Shown here: one piece after another, positions 9,250-18,217 of the stretch
Position numbering within the stretch: the stretch's first letter is position 1
Layout of the letters: each line of letters opens with the position of its first letter
The notes under the pieces: model-generated
What the model was told of the DNA's origin: nothing
Database searches by the model: none
What the model saw: only the letters and a program-made list of their open reading frames with translations
Position numbers and translations under genes: made by a program
NCBI GenBank assembly: GCA_900770925.1
Contig: CAAGLY010000024.1
Span: 1,735 to 65,734 of the forward strand
DNA: 64,000 nucleotides
Direction: 5' to 3'
Source of the DNA: Bacilli bacterium
GTDB lineage: Bacteria > Bacillota_I > Bacilli_A > RFN20 > CAG-288

Positions 9250-11379
9250 ATGAAATCCAAGAAGTTAACATTAGTTGCTTCCCTGCTCTCTCTTGCTGCA
9301 TTAGCTGGTTGCGGAAAAACCTCGGAGCCAAGTGCAAAGCCGACCGAACCTGCAAAGCCAAGTGAATCTGCAAAGCCGACAGAAGAGCCTGAAGAAGTCG
9401 AGATCCAGAAGGAAGCGGCAGATAAAATTGTCTCAGCCTACAACCCGTCTTTAACTGGCAAGTTCTCTTTCAGCTACACCGCTAATTACAAAGTCGATGT
9501 CGATTCTCATGGTGGAACCGGCAAGCTTGACAGCTTCAAGCATGAGGTCGAAGACACTACTACCGGTGATATCGATCTTACCAGCGGAAATGTCTATCTC
9601 AAGATCTCCAAGACTTCCAAAGACAAGCGTCTTAGCCAGGAAGCTTCTAAGACAGAAGCCTTAGTCTACAAGGATGGAGATACCTATAAGTATGTCACCA
9701 CGACTAGGGAAAACCCGGTTGCATTAGCTAGCGAAGAAGCAGCTATCAACAAGATTTCGGATCTTGTCTACTCTATTTCCTATAACTTAGCCGGCTATAT
9801 CACCATGGATACCTTCAAATACGAAGGCGATAATAATTATCAGTGGCGTGAGTTCGGACTTTCTTCCACGGCAGTTGCTGCTGAGAACTGCAATGATCCT
9901 TATTACTTTGGAAAGAGGAAAGAAGGCGGACTGAATATCAAGACCAAGGTTCAGTATGTCGGCTATAAGACCGATAACGGAATCTCTGATTTCTCCAACA
10001 AGGCCGATGACTATGCTGCTGAAGCTGTTGTTAAGACGAATAGCACGGGCTTAGTCACTTCTTACGCAGAGACCTATAACAAAGCTTCCCTTGATTTTGC
10101 TATCAGGACTCCGGCCCCGACGGTTGTCATTACCGGAAACCGTAATTTCTCTGCAAACTATGGTGCAACCTTTGAAAAGGCTGGAACCATTGAGCATCAT
10201 CTTACCAAATCGGTTATCACATGGGATGAGAATCCAAAATGCACGTTTGAAGTCTATTCCTGCCCTGCTGATAATAAAGCCGCTAAAACGGCTATCAAGA
10301 GCGGAGATGAAGTCAAAGTCGGTGATTTATTAGCAGTCAAGGTTACTCCTTACGGACATAACAACATCGTCAACGTCGCCTTAGGAACTACTTCTGCTGA
10401 AGTTTCTGATGATGGATTCTACTATTTCGAAGTCAGCGAAGGTGCCAAGAAGCTCGCTGCTAACATCAATGGTTCCGATAGGAAACCGGATGTCAAGTAT
10501 GCGACTGTCACCACTGAAAAAGGCGAACACGTTAAGTCCTTCACTGTCAAATACAGGACCTATCCGAATACTACGGCCTTGAGGGATTTAGATGCTCAGA
10601 ATCGTGCTCCTATTGGCCAGGCGAACTACCTTGTCTTAACCGCTGAATTCGATGAAGGATATGAATTAGATGCCTTCACTGTCAACGGAAATGCTGCCAG
10701 TAACTTCGGTCAGTGGTGCTATGCCATCAAAACAGAGGGAACCTATGCATGCAAAGTCACGGCTAAGGCTGTTTCTGAGACTCCTGTTTCCAAAGATGTT
10801 GAGTTCACTCTCAACAAGGATGCTGGTGTCAAATCTGCCACTGTCTCTACTAGGGACGACCATAATCCGGCAACCATTACCGATGTCACTGCTGCTGGAA
10901 AAGCAGAAGCCAAGACTGGTCGTCTCTTCTGTGTCAAAGTTGAACTGAATGCTGGATATCAGCTTGATCTTGTGAAATCTGGAAAGACAGTTGCTGGTTT
11001 CAGGAATGGTTATTACTATTTCAGCAACTTTGCAGCTGGATCCCATGTTATCGATATTGTCACCCGTGCTGCTGAACCGGCAATCCAGTATGTGAACTTC
11101 ACAATCGTAAAAGATGATGGTGTCAAGTCTGCATCCGTCTATACTGTGGATAACTTCAACTTTGCAGGTAGGATGGATTATACTGCCGCTAAGAAGGCAG
11201 AAGCCAAGGAAGGCCGTTTCCTTTGTGTCAAAGTCGAACTGAAGGATGGCTACGAAGTTGTTTCTGTCAAGAATGGCGAAGTCGCTGGTAATCTCCAGGG
11301 TGGTTATTATTGCTTCAATGGTTCCACTGCCGGAGAAGTTACCTATACTATCGTCACCAAAGCCTCTGTTGCTGCCTAA
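9250..11379 (+). CDS. Large surface lipoprotein with a Pro/Lys/Glu-rich linker and a tandem duplicated C-terminal domain.
   Basis: MKSKKLTLVASLLSLAALAGC is a lipobox, followed by repeated PSAKPTEPAKPSESAKPTEEPEE. Two ~90-aa repeats occur at aa ~515-610 and ~615-705 (…AKKAEAK(T/E)GR(L/F)(F/L)CVKVEL(N/K)(A/D)GY…). An RBS AAAAGGAG is present. Confidence 0.65.
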   Translation: MKSKKLTLVASLLSLAALAGCGKTSEPSAKPTEPAKPSESAKPTEEPEEVEIQKEAADKIVSAYNPSLTGKFSFSYTANYKVDVDSHGGTGKLDSFKHEVEDTTTGDIDLTSGNVYLKISKTSKDKRLSQEASKTEALVYKDGDTYKYVTTTRENPVALASEEAAINKISDLVYSISYNLAGYITMDTFKYEGDNNYQWREFGLSSTAVAAENCNDPYYFGKRKEGGLNIKTKVQYVGYKTDNGISDFSNKADDYAAEAVVKTNSTGLVTSYAETYNKASLDFAIRTPAPTVVITGNRNFSANYGATFEKAGTIEHHLTKSVITWDENPKCTFEVYSCPADNKAAKTAIKSGDEVKVGDLLAVKVTPYGHNNIVNVALGTTSAEVSDDGFYYFEVSEGAKKLAANINGSDRKPDVKYATVTTEKGEHVKSFTVKYRTYPNTTALRDLDAQNRAPIGQANYLVLTAEFDEGYELDAFTVNGNAASNFGQWCYAIKTEGTYACKVTAKAVSETPVSKDVEFTLNKDAGVKSATVSTRDDHNPATITDVTAAGKAEAKTGRLFCVKVELNAGYQLDLVKSGKTVAGFRNGYYYFSNFAAGSHVIDIVTRAAEPAIQYVNFTIVKDDGVKSASVYTVDNFNFAGRMDYTAAKKAEAKEGRFLCVKVELKDGYEVVSVKNGEVAGNLQGGYYCFNGSTAGEVTYTIVTKASVAA

Positions 11380-11402
11380 TCTGATTTGAATATTTTGATT
11401 CG

Positions 11403-11428
11403 GAAGGTGCTATATAGCACCTTCCGGA
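11403..11428. terminator. Perfect 12-bp-stem hairpin (CGGAAGGTGCTA ta TAGCACCTTCCG) between the lipoprotein and GH3 genes. It is a possible intrinsic terminator/attenuator or palindromic operator; no strong U-tract follows.
   Basis: Read directly from the sequence; the next gene's RBS follows within 20 nt. Confidence 0.35.
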
Positions 11429-11446
11429 TTCTTCAAGGAGGTCTTA

Positions 11447-13189
11447 ATGTCTGTCAATCTGAAAGAAAAGCCTTTTTATCTGAGCGATAGCCAGATTGAA
11501 TGGGTGAATAAGACCAAAGAGCGAAGGACTCAAGAGGAGAAAATCCAACAACTTTTCATTCATCTTACTGCCAAGCAGGATGAAGCTTATCTGAAGGATG
11601 TTGTCACCAAGTGGAAGTTTGGCGGAGCCCGCTTCAATCCTTCTTCTGCAGAGAATATTGCCAAGCATAATTTCATTCTGCAGAGAGAGACGAAGATTCC
11701 TCTTCTGATCGCTGCGAACACCGAATCCGGTGGTAATGGTGCTTATCGAGGAGGAACAGAAGTCGGATGTGAAACGAAGGTCGCGTCCACGAAGGATCCT
11801 CACTATGCCTATGAGTTAGGAAAGGTTTCCGCTGAAGAAGCGAAGGCGGTTGGTATCAATACTCTCTTTGCACCGATTGTCGATATTGACTATCAGTTCC
11901 ATAATCCGATTATTCCTTATCGTACCTTCGGAAATGATCCAGATAGGGTGAAGGAGTTCTCTCTTGAATTCCTCAAAGGCGTTCAGGAGGAAGGACTTCT
12001 TGCCTGTGCGAAGCATTTCCCAGGAGATGGTGTCGATGAACGGGATCAGCATCTTTCTTTGACTAGCAACACTTTGTCTTGCGAAGAGTGGGATAAGAGC
12101 TACGGAAAAGTCTATTCTGCTTTGATTGATGCTTCTCTTCCTAGGATCAGGGTCGGACATATTGCCCTGCCATCCTATCAGAAGAAGTTCTCGAAGGATG
12201 AAAATATGGATGTTCTTCCTGCTTCTGTTTCTAAGGAAATCCTTACCTCCCTCCTAAGAGGAAAATTAGGGTTCAATGGATTGATTGTCTCTGATGCTAC
12301 TCATAGGGTCGGACTCACTGCTTCTAGGAAACGGAGCGAATTCCTTCCTAAGAGGGTAGAAGCCGGTATCGATAGGATTCTTTTCTACAATGACTATGAT
12401 GAAGATATCGAATACAGGAAAAACGGACTGAAGAAAGGCCTTCTCTCTCAGGAACGTTTGGAAGAGGCTGTTACTCGAATCCTGGCGACCAAAGCTAGGC
12501 TTGATCCTTCCTTAAGGAAACCGCAAGAGACTCCAATCTACTCCTTGATGGGAACGAAGGAACATAGGAAAGTCCAAGATGAGGTATCCGATAAAGGAAT
12601 CGTACTTGTCAAAGAGGAAAAAGGAGTTCTTCCGTTATCTCCCGAAAAAGGAAAACGAATCCTTCTTGTCCCTCAGCATGAAGATAGTCCCTTTGATAAC
12701 AGGATGCCGAAAAGAGGTCCTTCTATCTATGAGACAATTGCTCATAGGTTAGAGGAAAAAGGCTTCCAGGTTACTATCTTTGAATCCCTTAGGGATAAAG
12801 CAAAGAAACTCCCGCCTAGGGAAGCACTGAGCATTATCTCCAATGTCTACAACAATAAGACCCCAATTAAAGAACTTACAGACAATTATGATCTTGTGAT
12901 TCATGTCTGTGACTTCGATACGCATAATACAGTGAACCGCAGGACCTATAAGAGGTCGAAAGGAACTCCCGATGTTCCTTGGTACGTCAATGAGCTTCCT
13001 ACCATTAGGATCTCTTTGAAAAATCCGTTCCACCTCTTTGATGCCCCGCAGGTTAAAACCTATATCAACTGTTACGATAAGAATCCGTCAACGATTTCTC
13101 ATCTGATTAAGAAGCTCACCGGAGAAGAGAAGTTCTTAGGTGTATCACCTGTGGATTGCTTCTGCTTAGATCCGTTGTGCCGGAAATAA
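11447..13189 (+). CDS. Glycoside hydrolase family 3 (beta-glucosidase / beta-hexosaminidase-like).
   Basis: KFGGARFNP near the N-terminus and GFNGLIVSDA (GH3 catalytic-aspartate region). RBS AAGGAGG. Confidence 0.6.
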   Translation: MSVNLKEKPFYLSDSQIEWVNKTKERRTQEEKIQQLFIHLTAKQDEAYLKDVVTKWKFGGARFNPSSAENIAKHNFILQRETKIPLLIAANTESGGNGAYRGGTEVGCETKVASTKDPHYAYELGKVSAEEAKAVGINTLFAPIVDIDYQFHNPIIPYRTFGNDPDRVKEFSLEFLKGVQEEGLLACAKHFPGDGVDERDQHLSLTSNTLSCEEWDKSYGKVYSALIDASLPRIRVGHIALPSYQKKFSKDENMDVLPASVSKEILTSLLRGKLGFNGLIVSDATHRVGLTASRKRSEFLPKRVEAGIDRILFYNDYDEDIEYRKNGLKKGLLSQERLEEAVTRILATKARLDPSLRKPQETPIYSLMGTKEHRKVQDEVSDKGIVLVKEEKGVLPLSPEKGKRILLVPQHEDSPFDNRMPKRGPSIYETIAHRLEEKGFQVTIFESLRDKAKKLPPREALSIISNVYNNKTPIKELTDNYDLVIHVCDFDTHNTVNRRTYKRSKGTPDVPWYVNELPTIRISLKNPFHLFDAPQVKTYINCYDKNPSTISHLIKKLTGEEKFLGVSPVDCFCLDPLCRK

Positions 13190-13206
13190 TAAAGGAGAAA
13201 ATTAAG

Positions 13207-14052
13207 ATGTTACCAATTCAGGTTAATTTAAAAGACAAAGTTGTCGTCATCACTGGTGCCGGAGGAGTCATCTGCTCTTATCTGGCACGCATTTATGCCG
13301 AGAGCGGTGCTAAGGTTGCTCTTCTCGACCTCAATAAAGAGAGGGCCGAGAAAAACGCCAAGGCCCTCCGCGAAGAAGGCTATGTTGCCTATGGCTATGA
13401 AGCCAACGTTCTGAAGAAGGACTCTCTCTCTGCCTGCCATGAGCAGATCTTAAAGGACTTAGGCCCCTGCGATATTCTTGTCAATGGAGCTGGTGGAAAT
13501 AATCCGCGTGCTACGACCGACAACGAGTTTGCAGAGCTTGATGATGCCAAGAAAGGAATCAAGAGCTTCTTTGAACTTGATGAGAGCGGAGTTGAGTTTG
13601 TCTTCAATCTCAACTTCCTTGGAACTCTTCTTCCGACTCAGATCTTTGCCGAAGATAGGATTGGTCGTAAGGATTGCTCAATTTTGAACATCTCTTCTAG
13701 GAATGCTTTCACTCCACTCACAAAGATTCCTGCTTATTCTGGCGCAAAAGCTGCTGTTTCTAACTTCACAAAGTGGCTTGCTGTTCACTTCTCCCATGTT
13801 GGAATCCGTGTCAATGCCATTGCTCCTGGATTCTTCTCTACGAAGCAGAACGAAAAGCTTTTATGGAATCCGGATGGCACTCCGACCGCTCGTACTGGCA
13901 AGATCTTAGCCGCTACTCCTAGGGGACGCTTCGGTGTTGTTGAGGACTTAGGTGGCGCTGTCTTATTCCTCTCTAGCCCGGAGGCTGCCGGCTTTGTGAC
14001 CGGTGTTGTCCTTCCGATTGATGGCGGATTCTCTTCCTATTCTGGAGTCTAA
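13207..14052 (+). CDS. SDR-family oxidoreductase, UxuB-like (D-mannonate / fructuronate oxidoreductase type).
   Basis: TGAGGVIC is the Rossmann motif, and YSGAKAA is the SDR catalytic YxxxK. It is clustered with uxuA. The probable start is ATG 13207 after AAGGAGAAAA. Confidence 0.6.
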   Translation: MLPIQVNLKDKVVVITGAGGVICSYLARIYAESGAKVALLDLNKERAEKNAKALREEGYVAYGYEANVLKKDSLSACHEQILKDLGPCDILVNGAGGNNPRATTDNEFAELDDAKKGIKSFFELDESGVEFVFNLNFLGTLLPTQIFAEDRIGRKDCSILNISSRNAFTPLTKIPAYSGAKAAVSNFTKWLAVHFSHVGIRVNAIAPGFFSTKQNEKLLWNPDGTPTARTGKILAATPRGRFGVVEDLGGAVLFLSSPEAAGFVTGVVLPIDGGFSSYSGV

Positions 14053-14056
14053 AATC

Positions 14057-14884
14057 ATGCTGTTTCAGAAGAAATCCGATTTTCTTGTCTGCAGGGACAG
14101 CGATGGCACTGTCATGGATACTAGGACGATTAAGCACTATAACTGCTTTGGTCCTAGCTTCGTGGATGTCTATGCCATCCAAGACCATAAGGACGAGATT
14201 CTCAAAGAGTGGAATCGAATCAATCTCTTTTCCATCACACGCGGTATCAATCGTTTCCAAGGATTAAACGATATTCTCGACTATGTCGGAAAATTCGGCT
14301 ATTCCTATTCTGGAAAAGATAGCTTTGCTTCCTGGGTCAAGACGACGAAGGAACTCTCTCCGAGAGCCTTGAAGGAATACAGGGAAGCAAACGAAAAAGA
14401 TAATCTTTGCAGGAAGCTTGCTCTGCAATGGTCCGATGAAGTCAATCGTCGCATCTCTCTTCTTCCTTTAGGTCAACCCTTTGCTCCGGTGAAGGAAATC
14501 ATCTCACAGATTAAAGATGAAGTCGATTTGGTAGGAGTAAGCTCTGCCAATGAAGGAGCCGTTACGGAAGAATGGAAGGGAGCTGGCATCTATTCTCTCT
14601 TCCGGTTTGTTGCCTGTCAGAGTGTCGGCAAGAAAGATAGGATTATTCAGAAAGCCCTGGAATGTGGTTATGAGAAAGATAACACTGTAAGGTTAGGGGA
14701 TGCCCTTGGCGATATCGAGGCTAGCAAAGCAAATGGTGTTCACTTCTTCCCGATTCTTCCTGGAAAGGAGAAGGAATCCTGGGAGGAATTCTACAAAGAA
14801 GGGCTTCCTCATCTTCTCTCTCATACGTTTACGTTAGAGTATCAGGAACAGCTCTATAAAAAGTTCTTTGACTGTCTGAAATAA
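14057..14884 (+). CDS. HAD-superfamily hydrolase.
   Basis: CRDSDGTVMDT is the DxDGT motif I. ATG 14057 is in frame with ORF 14003..14884, immediately after the SDR stop. Confidence 0.55.
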   Translation: MLFQKKSDFLVCRDSDGTVMDTRTIKHYNCFGPSFVDVYAIQDHKDEILKEWNRINLFSITRGINRFQGLNDILDYVGKFGYSYSGKDSFASWVKTTKELSPRALKEYREANEKDNLCRKLALQWSDEVNRRISLLPLGQPFAPVKEIISQIKDEVDLVGVSSANEGAVTEEWKGAGIYSLFRFVACQSVGKKDRIIQKALECGYEKDNTVRLGDALGDIEASKANGVHFFPILPGKEKESWEEFYKEGLPHLLSHTFTLEYQEQLYKKFFDCLK

Positions 14885-14906
14885 GATAGCAGAAGAGGTA
14901 AAAAAC

Positions 14907-16850
14907 ATGAAAATTACAGAACCAATCAAAGTCGGTAAGATTACGCTTAAGAACCGTATCATGTTCCCGCCGCTCACTACTGGTTATGAAGAACGCGATG
15001 GCTCTATCGGAGAGCATTCCCGTGCTTTCTATACCCGCTTAGCCAAAGGCGGTGTCGGCTACATTGTTATCGGTGATGTTGTTCCGGTCAATACTGTTTC
15101 TCCGACTCCGAAGCTTTTCTGTGATGAACAGATTGGATCTTTCAAGGCTTTAGCGGACTCGGTTCATGCCTATGGTGCTAAACTTGGTCTTCAGCTCTTC
15201 CATCCGGAATATGATACCGAAGCCATTATCAACTTCATTAAACAGGGCAAACGCAACGAAGCTTTTGCAAAGCTCCATCATGATAGGCTTCATTTTACGG
15301 ATGAAGTTACTCCGGAGAAGCTTGCTTCCATCTTAGAGCATATCAAGGCCTGCGCACATCGCGCCTATGAGGCTGGTGTTGATGTCATTGAAGTCCATGG
15401 TGACCGTGTTGTCGGAAGCCTCTGCTCCACGATTTTGAATCATCGTACCGATGAATATGGTGGAAGCTTTGAAAACCGTACTCGTTTTGCTCTTGAATTC
15501 GTCAAAGCCATCAAGGAAGGTGCTCCGGATATCACCATCGACTATAAGCTTCCGATTGTTACCAAGAGAAAAGACGGCACCTATCAGGGTAAAGGCGGTC
15601 TTGTCCTTGAAGAAGCTGTCAAGCTTGCTAAGCTGTTAGAGAAAAACGGAGTCGACAGGATTCATGTTGCTCAGGCTAACCACACTGGAAATAGGAATGA
15701 TACTATTCCGGCTAGGGGAACCCGTGCTTACGGATTCAGGGTCGAAGAGGCAAAGGCCATCAAGGCTGCTGTTTCTATTCCAGTTTCCATTGTCGGCCGT
15801 ATCTGTACAGTGAAAGCTGCCGAAAGCTTAATCGAGCAGAATGTCTGCGATATTGTTGCCTTTGGCCGTAATCATCTTACCGATCCGGACATTGCAAATA
15901 AGATCGCTGATGGTAAGGATTATCTTATCCGTCAGTGTATCAACTGCAACAAGGGCTGCACCGATAAGATTCAGAAAGCTCAGTTCCTCTCCTGCGTCTT
16001 AAATGCTGAGAACGGATACGAAGCAACTCGTTCTATTACAAAAGCAGTTAATCCTCGCACTGTCGCTGTTGTCGGCGGCGGTATTGCCGGCTTAGAAGCT
16101 GCCCGTGTCCTTGCTCTGAAAGGACATAAGGTCGACTTATACGAGAAGAGCTACCGTCTTGGCGGACAGATCAACATCGCTTCTGTTCCTCCTCGCAAAG
16201 AGGAAAGGCGCCGTATCCTCAACTTCTATGACCGTGTCCTTCCGACCTTAGATGTCCATTTCCATCTTGGTGTCGAATTCACTAAGGAAAGGGCAAAGAA
16301 CTATTCTGATATCATTGTTGCTATCGGTGCCCATAACTTAGTTCCGCATATTCCGGGTATTGACGGCGAGAATGTTGTCTCTGCCTGGGATGTCCTCGAT
16401 AACAAGGAAATTGTCTATGGTTCTGTCGCCGTCTGCGGTGGCGGACTTGTCGGAGCCGAAACAGCCGAATACCTTGCTGACAAGGGATATGATGTTACCA
16501 TTGTCGAGAGGATGGATAAAATTGCTAAAGAAGAGAGCAATACGATTCTTCCGACTAGGCAGAAAGACTTTGCAGATCACAATGTCAAGCAGCTTGTTAA
16601 GACTAAGATTGTCAAGATGGATATCCATGGCTTAACCTGCGACAAGCTCGATGAGAATAACCAGCCGGTCGAGACCATTGAAATCCCCTGCGATACGATC
16701 GTCAACGCTCTTGCTTCGCAGAAGAACAGGATTGATCTTGAAGGTGTCAAGGCTAATGTCGTTTATGTCGGCGACTGCGCAGGCGAGCGTCCGTCTAACA
16801 TCGATCATGCCATCAAGTCTGCCTACGATGCGGCTAACTCCATCAACTAA
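14907..16850 (+). CDS. Enoate reductase / 2,4-dienoyl-CoA reductase-family flavoprotein: OYE-like FMN domain, 4Fe-4S motif and a C-terminal FAD/NAD(P)-binding domain.
   Basis: The OYE-like N-terminus contains ...HGDRVVGSL.... CINCNKGC...C is the CxxCxxxC cluster motif, and GGGIAGLEAA is the dinucleotide-binding fold. Confidence 0.65.
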   Translation: MKITEPIKVGKITLKNRIMFPPLTTGYEERDGSIGEHSRAFYTRLAKGGVGYIVIGDVVPVNTVSPTPKLFCDEQIGSFKALADSVHAYGAKLGLQLFHPEYDTEAIINFIKQGKRNEAFAKLHHDRLHFTDEVTPEKLASILEHIKACAHRAYEAGVDVIEVHGDRVVGSLCSTILNHRTDEYGGSFENRTRFALEFVKAIKEGAPDITIDYKLPIVTKRKDGTYQGKGGLVLEEAVKLAKLLEKNGVDRIHVAQANHTGNRNDTIPARGTRAYGFRVEEAKAIKAAVSIPVSIVGRICTVKAAESLIEQNVCDIVAFGRNHLTDPDIANKIADGKDYLIRQCINCNKGCTDKIQKAQFLSCVLNAENGYEATRSITKAVNPRTVAVVGGGIAGLEAARVLALKGHKVDLYEKSYRLGGQINIASVPPRKEERRRILNFYDRVLPTLDVHFHLGVEFTKERAKNYSDIIVAIGAHNLVPHIPGIDGENVVSAWDVLDNKEIVYGSVAVCGGGLVGAETAEYLADKGYDVTIVERMDKIAKEESNTILPTRQKDFADHNVKQLVKTKIVKMDIHGLTCDKLDENNQPVETIEIPCDTIVNALASQKNRIDLEGVKANVVYVGDCAGERPSNIDHAIKSAYDAANSIN

Positions 16851-16863
16851 ATAAGGAGAAGAT

Positions 16864-17910
16864 ATGAGATTAACTTTCCGTTGGTACGGAGAGGGTGATT
16901 CTATCCCGCTCTCCTATATCCGTGAAATTCCGAATAGGTCCGGTGTTGTCACTGCGGTCTATGACGTCAAGGTCGGAGAAGTCTGGCCTAGGGAATCTCT
17001 TGAGAAGCTGAAAAAGGATGCTGCTAGCCATGGCTTAGCTAGGGAAGTCATTGAGTCTATCCCTGTCCATGAGGACATTAAGCTCGGCAAGCCTACCCGC
17101 GACCATTACATCGACAACTATATCGAGAACATCCGTCGCTGCGCAAAGGTCGGCGTCAAATGTGTCTGCTATAACTTCAGGCCGGTCTTTGACTGGCTGC
17201 GGACCAATAGGCACCATCAGAACGCCGATGGCAGCAACTCCCTTAGCTACTCCTATGAGGAGTTCCTCAAGGTTGATCCGAAACATCTGCATCTTCCGGG
17301 ATGGGATGAATCCTATTCTCCGGAAGAGCTTCAGTCTCTTCTCTCCCAGTATCAGAAGATTTCGCATCAGCAACTGTTTGAGAACCTTGTCTATTTCCTC
17401 AACCGGATCATTCCTGTCTGTGAGGAGTGCGATGTGAACAGGGCCATTCATCCGGATGATCCGCCGTGGGATGTCTTCCATCTCCCTCGGATCATTACCG
17501 GCGAAGAGGATCTGGACCGATTATTTGCCGCTGTTCCTTCTACCCGCAATGGTATCACTCTATGCACTGGATCTTTCGGTGCGAAGAGAACTAACGATAT
17601 TGTTCACAGGGTCGGAAAGTATTCGAAGCAGGGTCGTGTTCATTTCTTGCACTTACGCAATGTCAAGTGGACGGATGATCATGATTCCTTCTGTGAAGTC
17701 GGACATTGCACCAAAGACGGCTCTTTAAATAGGGCAGCTATCGTCAAAGCCGCTGTGGATAACGGATTCGATGGCTATGTCCGTCCGGATCACGGACGCA
17801 ATATCTTCGGCGAGGACGGAAAACCGGGCTATGGTCTTTATGACCGTGCTCTTGGCTGTGCCTACATCAACGGTCTCTTCGAAAGGTGCGAGCTGAGGAA
17901 GAAGAACTAG
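16864..17910 (+). CDS. uxuA: Mannonate dehydratase UxuA.
   Basis: FRWYG, ESIPVHEDIK, CYNFRPVFDWLRT, HPDDPP, LPRI, CTGSFG, RPDHG and KPGYG all align to canonical UxuA motifs. Confidence 0.85.
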   Translation: MRLTFRWYGEGDSIPLSYIREIPNRSGVVTAVYDVKVGEVWPRESLEKLKKDAASHGLAREVIESIPVHEDIKLGKPTRDHYIDNYIENIRRCAKVGVKCVCYNFRPVFDWLRTNRHHQNADGSNSLSYSYEEFLKVDPKHLHLPGWDESYSPEELQSLLSQYQKISHQQLFENLVYFLNRIIPVCEECDVNRAIHPDDPPWDVFHLPRIITGEEDLDRLFAAVPSTRNGITLCTGSFGAKRTNDIVHRVGKYSKQGRVHFLHLRNVKWTDDHDSFCEVGHCTKDGSLNRAAIVKAAVDNGFDGYVRPDHGRNIFGEDGKPGYGLYDRALGCAYINGLFERCELRKKN

Positions 17911-17931
17911 TTTTTCTTTCAGAATTTGAAT

Positions 17932-17960
17932 AGGCTGCCACTTGGCAGCCTATTTTCGGT
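17932..17960 (+). terminator. Rho-independent terminator after uxuA.
   Basis: aggctgccacttggcagcct forms a hairpin and is followed by attttcggttcttt. Confidence 0.6.
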
Positions 17961-18217
17961 TCTTTGAAAAAGTGAGAGACTAAGGTACAGGCTTTACTGC
18001 TTTTCAGTGCTTAGCCTAGCTTTTCATCAGCTTTGTTTCAATTGTCTAAGGCTATAAGAACATATTGTTATTCTACGCGAACAGGATTATTCTTACGACG
18101 GATTGAGTAAGGAGGCTTTATGAAATTCAGAAGAATTATCCCGCTTGGGATTGCTTTGATTTTTCCTTTTATCTGTTCTTTGGAAGCGGAAAGCAGGTCT
18201 TGCGCTAAGGCCTGCTT

